NCBI GenBank assembly: GCA_028276365.1
Contig: JAPYWL010000002.1
Location: 28,170-92,169 of the forward strand
Length of the DNA stretch: 64,000 bases
From: Deltaproteobacteria bacterium
GTDB lineage: Bacteria > DRYD01
Direction: 5' to 3'
The notes below the pieces were generated by a model that saw only the letters and a program-made list of their open reading frames with translations, did not search any database and was not told where the DNA came from. Positions 60,072 to 64,000 of the stretch are shown here, in pieces (the first letter of the stretch is position 1; each line of letters begins with the position of its first letter). A program made the translations under genes and the position numbers.

Positions 60072-61040
60072 TTAAACTTTAATTAGATTATCAAAAATAC
60101 CTATATTTCTATATTTTTGGAATCTATGTTCTTTAGGATTAGTTAAATTTAGTGATTTTTGTAAGTATAAAATAAGAGTATTTTTTATATTATTAAGAGT
60201 ATATTTTAAATCTTTATGGGCTCCTTGAAGAGGTTCTTTAATAATTTCGTCTACAATATTTAAAGACAATAAATCATAAGCAGTAATTTTAAGGTTTCTA
60301 GCAGCTAATGGAGCTTTGGAAGAATCTCTATATAAAATAGAAGCAGCACCTTCTGGAGATATAACAGAATACCAAGCATTCTCTAACATTAACACAAAAT
60401 TAGCTACATTTAAAGCTAAAGCCCCCCCTGAACCACCTTCTGATAAAATTAGACTAACAACTGGTACTTCCAAATCAAATAATTTAGAAATAGCTCTTGC
60501 TATGGCTATAAATTGACCTCTTTGTTCAGCTAAATCTCCAGGGTAAGCTCCAGGAGTATCAACTATTGTTATTAATGGTGTCCTAAAATTATTTGCTATT
60601 TCCATAATTCTAATAGCTTTATAAAATCCTTCAGGGTTTGGCATCCCATAGTTTCTTTTAATTCTTTCTTGAGTATTTTTACCTTTAGAATGTCCCAATA
60701 CAAAAACAGGGTAATTTTCTAACTTTGCTAATCCTCCACTAATAGAGAAATCATTATACCCCATCCTATCTCCAAATAACTCATAAAAATCCTCAAAAAT
60801 ATTACTAATAATATCATCAAAAACAGGTCTATTAGGATGCCTTGATAATTGAACTCTATGATAAGGATGTAAATTAGTATATAATTCTTCTTTAATTTTT
60901 TGAGCTTTAATTTCTAAGATATTTAACTCTTCTGGATTAGCTAATTGTCCTTTTTCTTTTAATTCCCTTAAAGCTAATATTTTTTGATCTAATTGATCTA
61001 AGAATTTTTCAATTTCATAAAGATTCCATATTTCATCCAT
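60072..61040 (-). CDS. accA: acetyl-CoA carboxylase carboxyltransferase alpha subunit
   Basis: ...ITIVDTPGAYPG...AEQRGQ...SLILSEGGSGGALAL... motifs. Confidence 0.85.
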   Translation of the reverse strand: MDEIWNLYEIEKFLDQLDQKILALRELKEKGQLANPEELNILEIKAQKIKEELYTNLHPYHRVQLSRHPNRPVFDDIISNIFEDFYELFGDRMGYNDFSISGGLAKLENYPVFVLGHSKGKNTQERIKRNYGMPNPEGFYKAIRIMEIANNFRTPLITIVDTPGAYPGDLAEQRGQFIAIARAISKLFDLEVPVVSLILSEGGSGGALALNVANFVLMLENAWYSVISPEGAASILYRDSSKAPLAARNLKITAYDLLSLNIVDEIIKEPLQGAHKDLKYTLNNIKNTLILYLQKSLNLTNPKEHRFQKYRNIGIFDNLIKV

Positions 61041-61054
61041 AAAATCCTCTTTTC

Positions 61055-61387
61055 TTATTTATTTAGTTTATTTTTTACACTATCTACTTTAGCTTTTATT
61101 CTATTTTCCCCTTGCCTTATATCCATTTTTATTAATATACTTAATCTTGGTTCTTTATTTTCTTTTGATTTTATATAATTATTTACTTCAGTAATTGCTT
61201 TTTCTATTACTTTTAGAGAATCTTTTAAAGTAGGAGTTTCAAGGATAGTCCCCATAGCTGTTAACTCATATTTAAATCCATTTAACTTAGCTTCATTATC
61301 AATAACATTTACAGCCCTAGCTACGTATTCACTAACACTTTCAGATCCTCCAATTGGAGTTATACTAATTAAAGAAACACAACTCAT
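61055..61387 (-). CDS. MTH1187/YkoF-family (DUF77) small protein
   Basis: ...ISITPIGGSESVSEYVARAV...FKYELTAMGTILE... pattern of the family. Confidence 0.6.
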   Translation of the reverse strand: MSCVSLISITPIGGSESVSEYVARAVNVIDNEAKLNGFKYELTAMGTILETPTLKDSLKVIEKAITEVNNYIKSKENKEPRLSILIKMDIRQGENRIKAKVDSVKNKLNK

Positions 61388-61444
61388 TTTTTACTTCCTT
61401 ATAAATATATATTAATTTTATTTACTCAATATATAATTTTTTAT

Positions 61445-61696
61445 TTACTCGCTATGAGAATAATTTTTTTTGTAAAAAATAGATCTAACGTATTTTCTTG
61501 TTAATTCAGAATTAATTACTAATTTATCATCATAATAGCCACAAAATTGGCATACAAAATGAGATAATTTAGGGTTCCCACAATTAGAACAAATTGACTT
61601 AGAATAATTAGGGTATCTATTTAAATCTATTTTTTCCGCATTATTTCTTCTATGCCTAACTCTTGAGCGAGATAATTTAAATTTAGGGTTTGCCAT
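61445..61696 (-). CDS. rpmF: 50S ribosomal protein L32 (with C-terminal extension)
   Basis: MANPKFKLSRSRVRHRRN...CSNCGNPKLSHFVCQFCGYY zinc-ribbon L32 signature; 83 aa. Confidence 0.7.
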   Translation of the reverse strand: MANPKFKLSRSRVRHRRNNAEKIDLNRYPNYSKSICSNCGNPKLSHFVCQFCGYYDDKLVINSELTRKYVRSIFYKKNYSHSE

Positions 61697-61788
61697 AGTT
61701 TTTATACTCTCCGCTGGGAAATTTATATTCCGCTATCTACCCAGCAAGCGGTTCTTTATTAATATTTATTTAATTTTTTATTTAATTT

Positions 61789-62235
61789 TTATTCCTCTTG
61801 AATTATATAATCCACATGTTTGCTTCTTGAATATAGTTTTATTAATTCTTCATTTTTTTGATTATAATAATTTATATAATCATTTATAACATTTAATAAA
61901 TGAGTAACAAAGTTAGTAGGTAAATGAGTTTTTCTCCAATTAAAATTATAAGCACTATAAACTAAATCTTTAACATTATCAGCATTAACCCCTAAACCAA
62001 AGTTATACAAAACCCAGAAGAATATATTATATTTAATACCAGTAGGTACACTTTCACTTTGAATCATCTTAGAAGCAGTAGCTATAATTTCAGCAGATGA
62101 AAATTCTTTTAGTATTTTATTTTGAGCCCATTCAGGGTAATGGCTAGTTCCTCCAGAAGCATATAAAAATAACTCTTCTAAGGATAATTTTACATCTTCT
62201 TTGTATATATCATATATCAAATTGTATTTATCCAT
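61789..62235 (-). CDS. hypothetical protein
   Basis: 148 aa, no motif recognised. Confidence 0.4.
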   Translation of the reverse strand: MDKYNLIYDIYKEDVKLSLEELFLYASGGTSHYPEWAQNKILKEFSSAEIIATASKMIQSESVPTGIKYNIFFWVLYNFGLGVNADNVKDLVYSAYNFNWRKTHLPTNFVTHLLNVINDYINYYNQKNEELIKLYSRSKHVDYIIQEE

Positions 62236-62275
62236 AATTTTATCCTCGTTTATTAACTTATTTTATCTATACATT

Positions 62276-62743
62276 TTACCATTTAAAGTGAGCGAAAGCT
62301 CTATTAGCTTCAGCCATCCTATGAACATTTTCTCTAATTTTCATAGCCTTACCACCATTATTATAAGCCTCGATTATTTCATCAACTAATTTATCAACCA
62401 TTCTAACTCCTTTAATCTCACGAGTAACTTGAAGTAACCATCTCATAGCTAAAGTCTCTGCTCTATCTTCTTCTACTTCAACGGGTACTTGATAAGTAGC
62501 CCCACCCACTCTTCTTGGTCTTACTTCATATACTGGTTTTAGGTTATCTATAGCCTTATTAAATACTTCTAAAGGATCTTTTTTGGTTTTTTCAGCTATT
62601 TTATTTAGTGCAGTATAGACTATTTTTTCAGCTAAAGCTTTTTTACCATCCCACATTAATTTATTTATAAATTTTTGTAATCTAACACTCCCATAAACAC
62701 TATCAGGTTTTATTTCTCTTTTTTCAGCTCTTTTTTTTCGCAT
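62276..62743 (-). CDS. rpsG: 30S ribosomal protein S7
   Basis: ...[15 protein letters not shown]..., ...[17 protein letters not shown]..., C-terminal ...AFAHFKW. Confidence 0.9.
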   Translation of the reverse strand: MRKKRAEKREIKPDSVYGSVRLQKFINKLMWDGKKALAEKIVYTALNKIAEKTKKDPLEVFNKAIDNLKPVYEVRPRRVGGATYQVPVEVEEDRAETLAMRWLLQVTREIKGVRMVDKLVDEIIEAYNNGGKAMKIRENVHRMAEANRAFAHFKW

Positions 62744-62853
62744 ATCAAAACTCCTCTCTTATTTTATTAATCTATCATTATTCTTATTCTATTTTTCTCT
62801 AAAATCCCCTTTATAAATTATCCAAACAATAATTTATTATCTAAACAATAACT

Positions 62854-63999
62854 TTAGGTGATATCATCAATAAAATCAGAAAATCCCTTAGAAATTAATT
62901 TAATTAAATTAACTTGATAACTCCTTATCATAGACTTAATTTTATTTATATTCTCAAGTATTTCAGGATTTAATGAAATATTAGAAAAAACATTTACTAA
63001 GTATTTATCAATTTTATTTTTATTAGCTTCCTCAATAAGGATATTAATAGCTTTATTATAGTTAAATCCTGGTCTATAAGGTCTATCAAGTACTAAAGCA
63101 TCAAATATATCTGCTACAGTTATAATCCTACTATATAGTAGTATTTGTTTATCTTTAAGATTAAAAGGATAACCACTACCATCTAATTTCTCATGATGTA
63201 GCTGAGCTATATCTATTATTTCTTTAAAAAATGGATATATAGGTAATAAAATATTCTTAAGTTCTTTAACATGTAGTTTTATTATTTCAAACTCCTGCGT
63301 AGTTAATTTCCCTTTTTTTTCTAAAATAGCATCATTAACTAAAATCTTACCTATATCATGTATAGAAGCAGATTTATAAACCAAATCAATTTCATCAATA
63401 GATAAATTAATTTCTTTAGCTAAATAATAACTAAAGTAAGCTACTCTATTAGAATGATCAAATGTATATCTATCCCTACGCTCTAACACATCTACAAATA
63501 AATTAAGTAGCTCTAATATCTCCTCATTTATATTTACAAAATACCTTAATATAAAATTAAAAATTAAAATACTTAAAACAGTTGTTAAAAATATTTCAAA
63601 TTTAATCAAATTACTGTAATATAAAATAGCTACCATAAAATAAATCCACAATATATTCATTACAAACAAAAATAAATCAAGCTTAAAGTTAGCAAATATT
63701 CGCTTTTGCTCGGATAATAAACTTAAAATGTAACTTTCTAAACTTAGTTTTCTTATGATAATATTATATATATAAAAAAGAAAATTCTTTAATGAATAAA
63801 ATAAAACTATAAAAATAAATAAAAATAAATAAAAATTATTAATAAAAGAGAAAAAAGAAAATATGAAAATTGTAATCAATAAAGAAAGATTATAAAAAAT
63901 TATTTCTAAAATAATATCAGTTATTTTTTCTAAAGTTTTTTCAGTTTGAATTAAATATCCTTTATCAGCAAAAACTTTGCTTTTTCTAAAAATATTTTG
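62854..63999 (-). CDS. membrane-anchored HD-GYP domain phosphodiesterase (probably 5'-partial; frame open to window edge)
   Basis: HD-GYP core ...DHSNRVAYFS...IHDIGKI...HHEKLDGSGYPF. The track's start at 63879 is an internal TTG, and the frame has no stop up to base 63999. Confidence 0.7.
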   Translation of the reverse strand, partial: QNIFRKSKVFADKGYLIQTEKTLEKITDIILEIIFYNLSLLITIFIFSFFSFINNFYLFLFIFIVLFYSLKNFLFYIYNIIIRKLSLESYILSLLSEQKRIFANFKLDLFLFVMNILWIYFMVAILYYSNLIKFEIFLTTVLSILIFNFILRYFVNINEEILELLNLFVDVLERRDRYTFDHSNRVAYFSYYLAKEINLSIDEIDLVYKSASIHDIGKILVNDAILEKKGKLTTQEFEIIKLHVKELKNILLPIYPFFKEIIDIAQLHHEKLDGSGYPFNLKDKQILLYSRIITVADIFDALVLDRPYRPGFNYNKAINILIEEANKNKIDKYLVNVFSNISLNPEILENINKIKSMIRSYQVNLIKLISKGFSDFIDDIT

Positions 64000-64000
64000 T

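Noticed and set aside
60316-60516. 66-aa plus ORF inside accA
   Set aside because: Antisense shadow.
61700-61760. Imperfect GC-rich stem (CCGCTGGG...CCCAGCAAGCGG) in the rpmF 5' leader
   Set aside because: Imperfect pairing and no supporting context; could be an L32 leader structure but evidence too thin to call a feature.
62201-62389. 62-aa plus ORF overlapping ends of two minus-strand genes
   Set aside because: Bridges an intergenic region antisense; no RBS; low-complexity.

Overview
The window is a very AT-rich (by eye about 25% GC), gene-dense bacterial chromosomal segment, and most genes are on the minus strand. Well-conserved genes (atpD, pyrG, glnA, pheT, glyS) read through as full-length proteins under the standard genetic code. 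Strong AGGAGG-type ribosome-binding sites are common. Many proteins are Asn/Lys/Ile/Tyr-rich with low-complexity inserts. Recognisable content:
- Housekeeping genes: metK, glyS (beta subunit only), rpe, tpiA, dprA, atpD (isolated), pheT, lgt, glnA, fabD, accA, pyrG, rpmF, rpsG, mnmA, a TrmI-like tRNA methyltransferase, a CCA/poly(A)-polymerase-family enzyme, an ADP-forming acetyl-CoA synthetase, HMG-CoA lyase, thiamine pyrophosphokinase, DJ-1/PfpI, a YqeG-type HAD phosphatase, and an HD-GYP phosphodiesterase.
- A partial flagellar export/switch operon, fliM-fliN-fliO-fliP-fliQ, that stops abruptly after fliQ.
- A tandemly duplicated module of [AAA-ATPase DUF1703/PD-(D/E)xK protein + glycine-rich surface lipoprotein]. 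A 16-17 bp poly(A) tract sits in each lipoprotein promoter.
- A Ser/Thr kinase fused to TPR repeats.
- Three adjacent small genes encoding a beta-solenoid-like 21-22-aa tandem-repeat protein and two Asn/Gln/Tyr/Phe-rich low-complexity proteins.
- Several signs of gene decay or phase variation: a family-2 glycosyltransferase frameshifted at a poly(T)10 tract, a frameshifted zinc alcohol dehydrogenase, a glycerol-kinase C-terminal remnant, and the truncated fli operon.
No rRNA, tRNA, CRISPR array, or recognisable transposase/IS element was found. The organism cannot be assigned from sequence alone. Product calls rest on motifs I recognise by eye and would need BLAST/HMM confirmation.
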